Source: Eledone cirrhosa (Eukaryota). From it: a stretch of DNA of 64,000 nucleotides. Numbering within the stretch: the first letter of the stretch is position 1; every line of letters begins with the position of its first letter. Where the stretch lies: contig OZ024740.1 of NCBI GenBank assembly GCA_964016885.1, positions 91,078,001-91,142,000 on the forward strand, written 5' to 3'. The notes under the pieces are model-generated. The model did not search any database. It was given only the letters and a program-made list of their open reading frames with translations, and was not told the origin of the DNA. This document shows positions 1-11,678 of the stretch, piece by piece. Made by a program: the position numbers and the translations under genes.

Positions 1-119
1 GCCCCGTAGTGAAGCATTTGTATGAAGAGAAAATGTTAAGGTCAGTTGCAATTTTCCTATATCCCAATATTATTACTTTCAGGTATTTCTATAAACAGTA
101 GCTAACTCTTATTTAGAAC

Positions 120-748
120 AGTTGAGGAATTGTATGGTTCTCTCCGGCTCATAAGTGATGACTCCAGCCAGCATATTGGGTTAGGAAACCTTCAAAGGAA
201 CCAGATTTTCCAGTTATGCAATCAGACTGGTACGTTTTCCATATGGTGCCCGAAGACGTGGTCCTCATAGAGCAGAATCCATAACTAAGCCTATTTTATA
301 TTCTCAATTCTCACGGCATGAGCTAATAGCATAGTATATTGGATTTATAATCAATCACGTCATTCATCACCGTGTGGTGAACACGATCAATATTTTCTTC
401 GTTGGCAGTGCAGGGCGTCACTTTCCCTCCTCCGTTCAACTGCCCTCTTTTGCACCGTTTATAAAACTGGAGCGGCACATATGTATGTAGTAAACAGATC
501 AGCATGAATGTCTTTGGGGCGAAATTCTTTTGCTGCAGGCACTTGATAACACCCCGATTCCAAATGTTATCTATGTCAATAGTATGTTGATAGTAGATAA
601 AGTTGAAGTCTTCTTTGAGCAATCGGATATCAATTTGCATAGAAAGAAACAATGTAGTTTTTAATAAGAAGAATATGAATTATCGCATGCAAGATTTCTC
701 AGCTTTAGCATCGCCCCTTCAACTTATCAACGTTTCAAACCACCCTTT
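120..748 (-). mobile_element. Degenerate mariner (Tc1/mariner) DNA transposon, 5' portion
   Basis: Minus-strand pieces translate to mariner transposase-like segments (DNIWNRGVIK, TANEENIDRVHHTVMND, PRLRAPYGKRTSLI, FLTQYAGWSHH) with stops and frameshifts. A TIR-like start, AGGGTGGTTTGAAACGTT, lies at about 746. Confidence 0.75.
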
Positions 749-1186
749 ATTTACTGAAATTCAATAATGATATAAGCAGATTTCAATTCAAGTTAGGGTT
801 AGAAACATTTATAATTCAAATGTGTACATGAGGCGATATGTTGTATTTTCCTTTTCTTTAGGAGCGTGATAGAGGGTTGCGTGTTGAAATGCTCTCTACT
901 AAGAATTGATAGCATTTGAGTTAGAAGTAATTGTGTAGGTCCGGCACGTTAGATAACGGCAAATATCACAGTGTGTAGTCATGCTATTTAACTAAATAGG
1001 AAGTTGGGACTTCGTTAAAAAAAGAAACATTGATTTTCTGCTTCACGTTCTTCTTATATTCGTTGGAAAGAGGAAAACATTGTATTTGTTTTCCCTACAT
1101 CTTTACATATGGCACATAGTAATTATACAAATTATTGTAACATATGGCAAACAATATCTCTCTCTATCAATCCAAATATGTAAACG

Positions 1187-1188
<2 letters not shown>

Positions 1189-1234
<46 letters not shown>
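1189..1234. repeat. (TA)n microsatellite
   Basis: Direct reading; lies about 40 bp from a hammerhead motif. Confidence 0.95.
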
Positions 1235-1237
<3 letters not shown>

Positions 1238-1275
1238 ATATTAATAAATGGAAACTATATTTATAAAACCATATT

Positions 1276-1340
1276 TATTTCATTATATGTATTTCAAGGA
1301 TACCATCTTACATTATGGTATGCCTTCATCAGACAAAATA
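1276..1340 (-). ncRNA. Type I hammerhead ribozyme motif (Penelope-like pLTR type)
   Basis: Minus strand reads UAUUUUGU-CUGAUGA-AGGCAUACCAU-AAUGUAAG-AUGGUAUCCUU-GAAA-U-ACAU-AUA-AUGAAAUA. The core is intact, stem I has 8 bp including G-U pairs, stem II is long and stem III is minimal. Confidence 0.8.
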
Positions 1341-2344
1341 CAATATATAACAGTTTTATAAACACACATTGACGTACCCCTTTAAAAAATTGACTGTTGT
1401 TTTTGGAGGCCATCAGGATAGTGATTTGTTTACTTTAATAAGTCATAGTGTTAAGAGTAAGTAAAAAGATGGAGAGTGAGAGAAACGTGGAGAAAAGAAA
1501 GGGAGAGATAGATAAAGAAAAAGAAGAAAGCAAAAAGAAAAGAGAACAGAGGAAAAATAACGGGGAGATATCAAACCATCAGACAGAGAAAAGAATCCAG
1601 AGAGAGATATATAGAGATACAGAGAGGGGGGAGAGAACGAAAACCTTAAGTTATGTCATATTAAGTTGAGTTAACAATTGGGATGAAAAGCATAAATAAA
1701 ATTAGAAATATTAATATTCATGAATGGAATATAGATATATAATATGAGAAATTACACATTGTTTAATTATGATTAGATATTTAGTTTAAAATTGAGATCA
1801 ATATATTAAAAATTGGAATTTAACCATTATAAAATATATATATTGCTAGAGAGATTATCTATCGCATATTACATACACATAGGCAAAGGTACATAAATAT
1901 ATATATATACACACTCACTCAGAAAATACACATTATATCTACTCCCGCACATAATATATATATACAAAGCATAAGTGATTTTTTATTTATTGCCATACAT
2001 CCCCTGTGTTATTAATTAAAAATTAAAAGTGTTTAGTATATATATATAAATATATAGGATTAACTTTCATGCATTTATGGCTGTTAAGTTATGCATATCT
2101 GCAATCAAAAACTGCATGTGTAAGCCTGTACATTCACATCCATAATTCTTAGCTATACATGAATAGATATGTGTGTGCATCTTCAATTTGTATACACGCG
2201 TCACTCATGCAGACATATAATCATAAAAAAGCATATAACACACACATATAGATACATTAGCCGTATATAGATATACGTATACATCAACATATAACATAGT
2301 ACAATTGTGTATATAAAATACAAAAGGATTATATTTTGTAAATA

Positions 2345-2944
2345 TAATTATATCAATATAACTTAAAAAGCAAACGAATTCTACAAATATCAAAATACTA
2401 AAATATCCCAAAATATTATAGAATAGTTTAAGTTAAAATAATATGTTTAATATATTTAGTATAGAAATTAATCTTACGTATATTTTAATCAAGATATTGA
2501 AAGGACAAACTTTTGTAAATTATAAGAAGCTATCAGAATAAAAAATAAATCTAATAAAAATTATGAGAAGCTATCAGAATAAAAACAAATCTAATAAAAA
2601 TATAAAATAAAATGAATCTAACAAAAAAAATTAGTAAAACGAATCTAATAAAAAATAAATCTAATAAAAAATGAAATATTATATCAATATAACTTAAAAA
2701 ACAAGTATTCTACAGATATCAAAATATTAAAAAGTTTAAAAATAAAAAAATTAAAAATGTTTTTTTTTAAATTTAAAAAAAATTTAAAACATTTAAAACA
2801 AAATTCAAAAACCTCAAAACATTTTTTAAAAAAATGTTAAGACTCTTAAAATATTATAGAATATTTTAAGCTAAAATAATATGTTTAGTATAGAAATTTA
2901 CCTTACGTATATTTTATTCAAGATATTGAAAGCATAAACTTTCT
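2345..2944. repeat. AT-rich imperfect direct repeat (about 2345-2514 and 2676-2944) enclosing a short 40-bp tandem repeat
   Basis: Shared blocks TATATCAATATAACTTAAAAA and TTACGTATATTTTA..CAAGATATTGAAAG; AGAAGCTATCAGAATAAAAA occurs twice between them. Confidence 0.7.
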
Positions 2945-3299
2945 AGAATAGATTATTATATTTATAATTATATTTATGAAGAAAATTTATACTTGTGTAC
3001 TTAACCCAAGAAAATGAAAAAGGTGAAGGAATCTAATGATTTATCGACAGGTTACATATATTAACTAAATTACTTAATTAATTAAACTACATTTTAAATT
3101 TATATTTATATTTAAACGTTGAGTTCAATCTATGTCTGCAGCAACTGAATAAATTATTCCTTAAATTAAGGTGAAATATTGGTTGTGTAAAATGGTCCAA
3201 TAACATTATGTTAGCAATATTAAGTTCTCCGCGCTTTCGTATATCTCCAATTCCATTAGAGGGAACAGCTAGATGATAGGGAACGAAGTATAAGTATCA

Positions 3300-4772
3300 A
3301 AATGAAAATCCGACGGCAATGTAACATTCCAATCATTGAATCACGACACATGTTTCAATAAGAAATAGATCGATTGTGAAGCCATGATCGATTATCACTG
3401 ATTTCATCAGGTAAAAATGAATTGTCTTCAAATTCTTGATATGAGGGAGAAAAAATAACGACGTTCTCTCACATAATTCATTCCCTCATTTGAAAACACA
3501 CCAGTCAGTCAGAGACAAGGCGACTGTTATTAGTTTTAGTTGAGGTCATAAACGTTTTCAGACTTCTATCGCTGCAAAAGACGCTGGACATCAAACAAAT
3601 CCGTAGGGATACAGTCAGTCATAGTTAGAAGTGAGTGGGTACACACACACTCCACACCCGCATACATCGGCTCGAGGTCAAAGAAAAATAAATACATATA
3701 TATACACACATCAACACAGTATTAAACCCGCAGAATAAGCGTGGGGGGGGGGGACACACACACACACTTTAACACACACCGAAGCGATATCCGAGAAAAA
3801 GCACATATAAGAATGTACCAACACAGCAATCACCGAAAAGTTAGTTCGCAAAGCAACAGAAGCTATGTCGGTCAAATCTCAATTTGACGATGTAAATCGG
3901 AAATAGTGGGTTAACCAAAGCTACACACACACACGTGTGCGCGCAAGTAAGTTCAGTTGGTGGTCTGCTGTACGTGTATAGATGCAATTGTAACATCCAT
4001 ATCTTCAAGTGTGTGTTATAGTAAATGGTATATACACATCTGGATCGTCCAAAAAATGGGGGGGGGGGGGGGTCGGGTTATATACACATCCATGTGAAGA
4101 GCTCAATTTGACGATGTTAATTGGAAATATTGGGTTAACCAACGCTACACACACACACACGCGTGGCGCAAGTAAGTTCAGTTCAGTGTTCTGCTGTACG
4201 TGTATAGATCCAATTGTAACATCCATATCTTCAAGTGTGTGTTATGGTAAATGTTATATACACATCCTAATCGTCCAAAAAATGGGGTGGGGGAGGATGA
4301 CCGGGTATATACACATCCATGTGAAGAACAAGCAATCAGCTCATGTCGAACTCCTTGTGTACCGTTGTCCAGTTGAGAATCAGAATCACCAAACCCGTGC
4401 GTGCAAGCAACTGCAATGTGGGCCGGCAAAGGGCTCTATGTAGGGTTGGGTATAGGGTAATTGAGTCCACAAGTGCGATCTCCCGCCACATGGGCCAATG
4501 AACTTTCAAGATAGTTGTTTGAGTGGTGGAGGTGTGTTATTCAGCATAGAAGGTGAAGTATGAAAATACAGGATAGTGAAAACCAAAGTATGTGTGTAGG
4601 CCCATTAATGGTGTGTCAGTATCGTTTTTCAATCCGTAACAGTGAGTCCTCCATGATTAGATGATCACGCATCAAAACCTGGTGTAGTGTTCAGTCGGTA
4701 GGAACGTGACATTCGTAAATGTGGGTGCTCAATGTCTAAAGGAAGCGGGTACTGTGTGTAGAGCTATGTATA
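3300..4772 (-). repeat. Left inverted arm (inverted copy of the element 3' UTR/pLTR) with an internal tandem duplication of about 224 bp (3878-4100, 4102-4327)
   Basis: Reverse complement of 7820-9077 along its whole length; the mirror ORFs 4178-4429(-) and 8161-8412(+) are nearly identical. Confidence 0.92.
3341..3414 (-). ncRNA. Type I hammerhead ribozyme motif, intact core
   Basis: Minus strand reads UUAC-CUGAUGA-(long stem II: AAU/AUU, AGUGAUA/UAUUUCU, AUCGAU/AUCGAU)-GAAAC-AUGU-GUC-GUGA. The ACAUGU palindrome at stem III is typical of dimer-forming PLE hammerheads. Confidence 0.8.
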
Positions 4773-4862
4773 GGGATTTTACACAACCAATATTGCACCT
4801 TACTATATAACAACTTAAAGCTCCTATTTTTGTTGAGCACTTAATGCTGTTAAGCAAGGAAC

Positions 4863-7600
4863 ATGATGGGGAAATTCTCGGTGAACTCTTCACTTAAGGA
4901 CATCCCTTTGCCTGACATAAAATAATTCACTAGGTTGGCCATAGGTAAATCGGATTCATTTATCTGTAGAATGCGTTGGAAGGCCTTCCACTTCGAGAGA
5001 GGAACACTAACAAACCACCCCAGCGCGGCGTCGAGGGAATATTCAAGTCCAGAAGGAATCCACCACACAATAGATACTCGGAGGAATTCGAGACTGAAAT
5101 GTCTAACATAGTGTCCAACCTTAAGTTTAGGAAAAAACACACTCAGGGGAAATAGTTGCCAGAGACGACTGAATGGTGATCTAGTAAAATTGAAGAACTC
5201 GACCGGCATGTTGGTGCACGCAGACAAGACTAGCAACCTGTACGATATGGATAGAGTAACTTATGATGATTTGATAACCAGAGAACATAGGAAAAGCTAC
5301 AGAAAAAATACGCGGGTCAACCTGGATTTAATTAACACGGAGGCCAATGGCGTCAATTATTAAACTGGGTATTGAGGATAAAACCGAACCCTTCCATCCT
5401 AGAACCCCGAGGATCTTGCTGAAGGACCACAAATTGAACTTTGAATCATTAAGACCTGTAAGGCTGATAGCTCCTTCGAACTCGGACATATGAATCGTAA
5501 GAAAAAACATCCTTGATTAAATAATCCCCACTCTAGTTAGGAGTTCGAAGCTTAAGTTGTGGTCAGGAACTAGTGAGGTAATTAACTGGTTTGAGAAATC
5601 ACAGAAAAGAATAGCACTAAGTTTATACAGTTCGATATCTCTAATGACAACTCTTTAATCTCTGCAACTCTTCTAGGTAGGGTCCTTAACTGTGCTAGCT
5701 TACACACCGACCTTACATCCGAGGAAATTAGCATTATCCTCCTAGCTAGAAAAACCTTAATTGAATTGAACGGTGACCTGTAGACTTGGAGGGATTCGCC
5801 AGACAATTTCGACATCACCATGGGATCCACGGACTCGGCCCATGTGACGGACCTGGTGGGCCTTTACCTCCTTGACTGTCTCGGAGCGGAGTGACCCACT
5901 TGGGAGGCGGGCTTACCGTGACGACGTCTTGTTTAGTGTGTCGTACCATAGTAATAGTATGGTAGAGTGGGTCAGGAAAAAACTTAGCAAATTCTTCAAG
6001 AGTATAGATCTAAGTATAGTATTTGAAAAGAATTTAAAAATAGTTAATTTTCTAGATGTCACACTTAACCTCAATTCAGGACTCTTCCAACCTTACCACA
6101 AACGTATCGAGAATCTAAACTATCTCAACGCAAAATCGAACCACCCTAGAATAGTCACTAACGGTATTACCAAATGCGTCTCTAGTAGAATTTCAGGACT
6201 ATCTTCAAATGTAGATACCTTTAATAAGATCTCGAATTACTATAATAGCGCCCTGGAACGCGCAAGACATAGCGAGGGAATCTCATTCAAACGTCTATTA
6301 AATAGTAGAAGTAACTTTGATCGCGATAGCTAAGGCCTAAATGGTGATACTCTAGTTAATAGCAGGCGGGATACGAGGGAGGATTCACATAGTCTTCATA
6401 CTGTACTACCGCCTAGTCCCAATGCTGTTGGTACTAATAGAAACAGCCACCCAGGTAATAACACTGGGTCTGAGCAACGAAACGCCAGCGGAAACTCTAA
6501 TAGTAACCTTAATTGTGGAACCGATAGAACTACCGTTGAACGCAGTATGGAACGAGAGTCGAGTAGGGGGAATTGGGACAGGTGTAGCAGACGCATAGCT
6601 GATACAACCCTAGCTATCGAGGGTAATCCCAATAGCCGCACGGGGGGTACACCGACCTAGAGACTTGGGACGACTCCGAACACAATCGTGACACCTCAGG
6701 ACACCACCGACCCATAGGCAATTTCCAGTTACAATAGACTAGTAACTACTAGGGAGACAGGTAATTCTAATATAGTTAGTAGGAACAAGAGGCATCGGAC
6801 CAGAAAAGTCCTGTGTTATAATTCCCCTTACTCCACTGGCCTGACCACTATTATAGCTAAGCTTTTCTTTAGGGCCTTAGACAAATGCTTCCCTAGATCG
6901 CACAGATATTATAAAATATTCAATAGAAATACTATCAAGCTGTCCTACTCCACAACTAGTAACATAGCTCAGAATATAGCTTAGATGAATTATAGTAGAC
7001 TTAGGACAGCCAATGAGGGAATTAGGCATGGCAGGAACAATGGCAGCTCTATTGAGGAACTGAGTCATACACGTGAGGTGTGTCGGGTCGCTTCTACCCC
7101 AGGGATTTTACCCATAGAGCAGACTGGAACTGAGACCCGACCCCAAAGATACCATGGTCCATCCGGAACCACCCAGATCGATAGCAAAAAATGCAACTGC
7201 AGAAACACCGCCACCTGCTCCTTGGCTGGGAAATGCCTTACCAAAAACATAGTCTACGACTGTAAGAACCTTTAGGTATGTCGGGACAACTGCCACGGAA
7301 TTTAAGGATAGATGGTATAATCACCGCCATGGCTTTAATAGATTAGATAAGAAAAATAGCACGGCACTTTCGGAACTAGTCTGGAAGCTTAAACTTCAGA
7401 ATATAGAGCACTCCTTATCCTGGTCCATAGTTTGTTTAGCCCTACCTTATAACGGCAGCACTGGCGTCTGCAATTTATGTATAGCTGAAACGTTCAATAG
7501 TATTAGAGGCGGCCCCCTATTAATTAATAGAAGATCAGAATTTTTCAGCAACTGTCAACATAGAACCTCGAAAACCATCCGCAGGATTTTTGAAAGGTAA
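4863..7600 (+). pseudogene. Penelope-like RT plus GIY-YIG endonuclease ORF, multiple stops and frameshifts
   Basis: N-terminus MMGKFSVNSSLKDIPLP...RMRWKAFHF; ADKTSNLY (DKT variant of DKG); RT YRDD and VNFLDVTLNL; SNHP thumb; CNCRNTATC-x5-C linker; NIVY...YVG GIY-YIG; C-terminal CNLC and CQHR. Confidence 0.88.
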
Positions 7601-7819
7601 CTACCAATAACTCCTCCCTCTCTACTTTAACCATAGAGTTCTCTCAATAAACGGACAGTCACACACTTAGGTAGTTAGACGGCAGAGATTGTTTGCGCAC
7701 TTGCAAAGATACTCGGCCTGTTTCCGCAGAGTCCTCACAGCTGAGTGCTCTGTTTTAGAATACCTAGCTAGTAAATAGTTAGATTGATTACACACTTAGT
7801 TAGGACCGATTACGCTCCG

Positions 7820-9255
<1,436 letters not shown>

Positions 9256-9259
9256 CTAA

Positions 9260-9600
9260 CTTAATTACACCGGCTGGCAAACACTTTCGAGTTATAGACT
9301 CATAATGGCACGCGAGCACGAGGAGGGTTTCACCTTCGTCTCAAAGACGTCTGCAGGAGGGATATGATGTCAATAGTCTTGGAAGCATAAATATGTGAGG
9401 AGTTCGATAATGATGACCGATGATGGAGATAAGTACTGCGCAGTGATGGAGCGATGGGAAGAGAAACTGAAACATGCTTCCGCGGGCAAGAAAAACACGG
9501 TAGCGCTGGAGGAGCGCATCTTCAAATGCATTCGCTTTATACAGGACTGCTATCAGCTTGAAAAGCCGCATTAGACAACGCACTGCTATCCGCAGCTGAC
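9260..9600 (+). mobile_element. Degenerate RTE-type LINE 3' fragment
   Basis: Translates to [19 protein letters not shown], resembling the RTE C-terminal R..G.P..R.KD..KRD motif, and to a degenerate Cys motif FKCIRFIQDC. Confidence 0.5.
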
Positions 9601-9624
9601 ACAAACTTCACCCAGCTCTGATAC

Positions 9625-10106
9625 ATGGTCTTTCAAAACGTGCATAAACCAGAGTCGATGATAGAAAACAATCAAGTGAAGGTGCTATGGGATTTCAGGA
9701 TACAGACTGACAAGAAAATAGAACACAGTAGGCCTCACCCGATGGTTTTTGACATGGAAAAACGATCTTTCTTCGTTGACGATATAGATTTTCCCCTTGA
9801 CACGAGAATGCAAGAACAGCAGAAGAAGAAAATAGAGCGATACAAGGTTATAAAGTGGGAATTAAAAATGATTTGCGACTATGTGAGATCAAGGTAGTCC
9901 CGATTGTCATAGGAACAATAGGTACTATCTCGAAGAGATTTCATCGATATTAAAAGAAAATTATTCCAGCCGCTCTTGTGGATCATGTCAAAAAGCATGC
10001 TTACTGGGAACAGCAAGAACCCTCTGATACGTACTGAATATTTCAGGCTGCAGGTTGGGCTTGATGTTCATTTGAACAAACTTTCCAGTTATAGAAAAAC
10101 AATGAC

Positions 10107-10107
<1 letters not shown>
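9625..10107 (+). mobile_element. Old R4/Dong-type LINE 3' fragment (restriction-like endonuclease region)
   Basis: HKPESMIENNQVKVLWDFRIQTDKKIEHSRP, homologous to the younger copies; ends in (TAA)n at 10108-10153. Confidence 0.85.
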
Positions 10108-10154
<47 letters not shown>

Positions 10155-10156
10155 TT

Positions 10157-11375
10157 TACACTGTATATCCAAAAAAAAAAAATGGCTATAAATGGAAGAA
10201 GAACCCCTCCCCTCCTCTATCTGGCTACACTATATAGGACAGCTAAACTCACCAACACCAGAAACTAGATACACCACCCACCCCATCATCTGTGTACACT
10301 AAACACAACAGCCAGATAACGACACATTTTCACCTTCACCGCCACCGCTCACTACGGCCATCATTACCACCACTATCCCATCACCGCCGCCACCACCCCT
10401 TGACTCCGCTACAGCACCATCACTACAGTAATACGGTCACATCACCGCCACCACTGCCTCGGTATCGACATCACCAACACCACTGTCTCAGTATCGCTAA
10501 CGCCGCCAGTCTCCCACTTCCCTGCTGGCTGCCACTTCCACATTATAGAATTCCTACTACTAACAAAGAGGAAGGCATCAAAATATATAGATAGACCCAA
10601 AAGAAAAAAGAAAAAACAAACAACAAAACCAAAGCAGCACAGCAACAACAGCAAAAAACGAGAAAAACAAACAGAGAAAAACAAAAACAAAAAAAAGAAA
10701 CCCCCAAAACGTAAAGAAAATATATTGTTATAAGGCTCAAAACGTAAAGAAAATATATTGTTATAAGGCTCAAATATTCAAATATTCAACTTTGTATTGT
10801 ACACTGTATATCCAAAAAAAAAAAAAAAAAAAAAAAAATGGCTATAAATGGAAGAAGAACCCCTCCTCTCCTCTCCTCTGGCTACACTATATAGGACAGC
10901 TAAACTCACCAACACCAGAAACTAGATACACCACCCACCCCATCATCTGTGTACACTAAACACAACAGCCAGATAACGACACATTTTCACCTTCACCGCC
11001 ACCGCTCACTACGGCCATCATTACCACCACTATCCCATCACCGCCGCCACCACCCCTTGACTCCGCCACAGCACCATCACTACAGTAATACGGTCACATC
11101 ACCGCCACCACTGCCTCGGTATCGACATCACCACCACCACTGTCTCAGTATCGCTAACGCCGCCAGTCTCCCACTTCCCTGCTGGCTGCTACTTCCACAT
11201 TATAGAATTCCTACTACTAACAAAGAGGAAGGCATCAAAATATATAGATAGACCCAAAAGAAAAAAGAAAAAAACAAACAACAAAACCAAAGCAGCACAG
11301 CAACAACAGCAAAAAACGAGAAAAACAGAGAAAAACAAAAACAAAAAAAAGAAACCCCAAAAACGTAAAGAAAAT
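10157..11375 (+). repeat. Tandem duplication of the Dong 5' leader (10157-10720 and 10800-11375)
   Basis: Near-identical copies (ORFs 10292-10594 and 10949-11251), with a duplication of about 33 bp at the junction. Confidence 0.92.
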
Positions 11376-11678
11376 AAGAATGAAGAGAGAAGCAGGCGGA
11401 CGGACAGAGAAGAGGGGGGAAAAAGTAAAACTTAAAAAACTAAAACTAAGTCAGACATTCGAACACTACATTACAATGAAACTTATGCTTATTCATTTCT
11501 GAGGCCCTTTCTGCCTGTGTGTTTGTTTGTTTATGTGTGTTCGTATACAGCGTGGTGATGATGCCACACAAGGGCCAAGTGGGATGGCGGATCCACAGAT
11601 GGCTATGTAAACATACATTCGCCAATCCTCGATAAGAGTGTTTAAATATCGAACATAAACAGTTCGAATAACGGTGAA

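Noticed and set aside
2519-2670. Short spaced repeats resembling a CRISPR array
   Set aside because: AT-rich degenerate minisatellite without unique spacers, in a eukaryotic context with no cas genes.
4009-4443. ORFs within the inverted arms (144 aa and 83 aa, with mirrors at 8147-8428)
   Set aside because: No recognisable domain; their duplication simply reflects the inverted repeat.
7185-7565. Selenocysteine recoding, reported for some Naiad elements
   Set aside because: The conserved Cys positions in the linker and endonuclease use TGC/TGT here, and the in-frame stops look like ordinary decay.
7705-7745. Minus-strand CUGUGAG...GAAAC in the Penelope 3' UTR
   Set aside because: The core lacks A6, and stems I and II do not pair.
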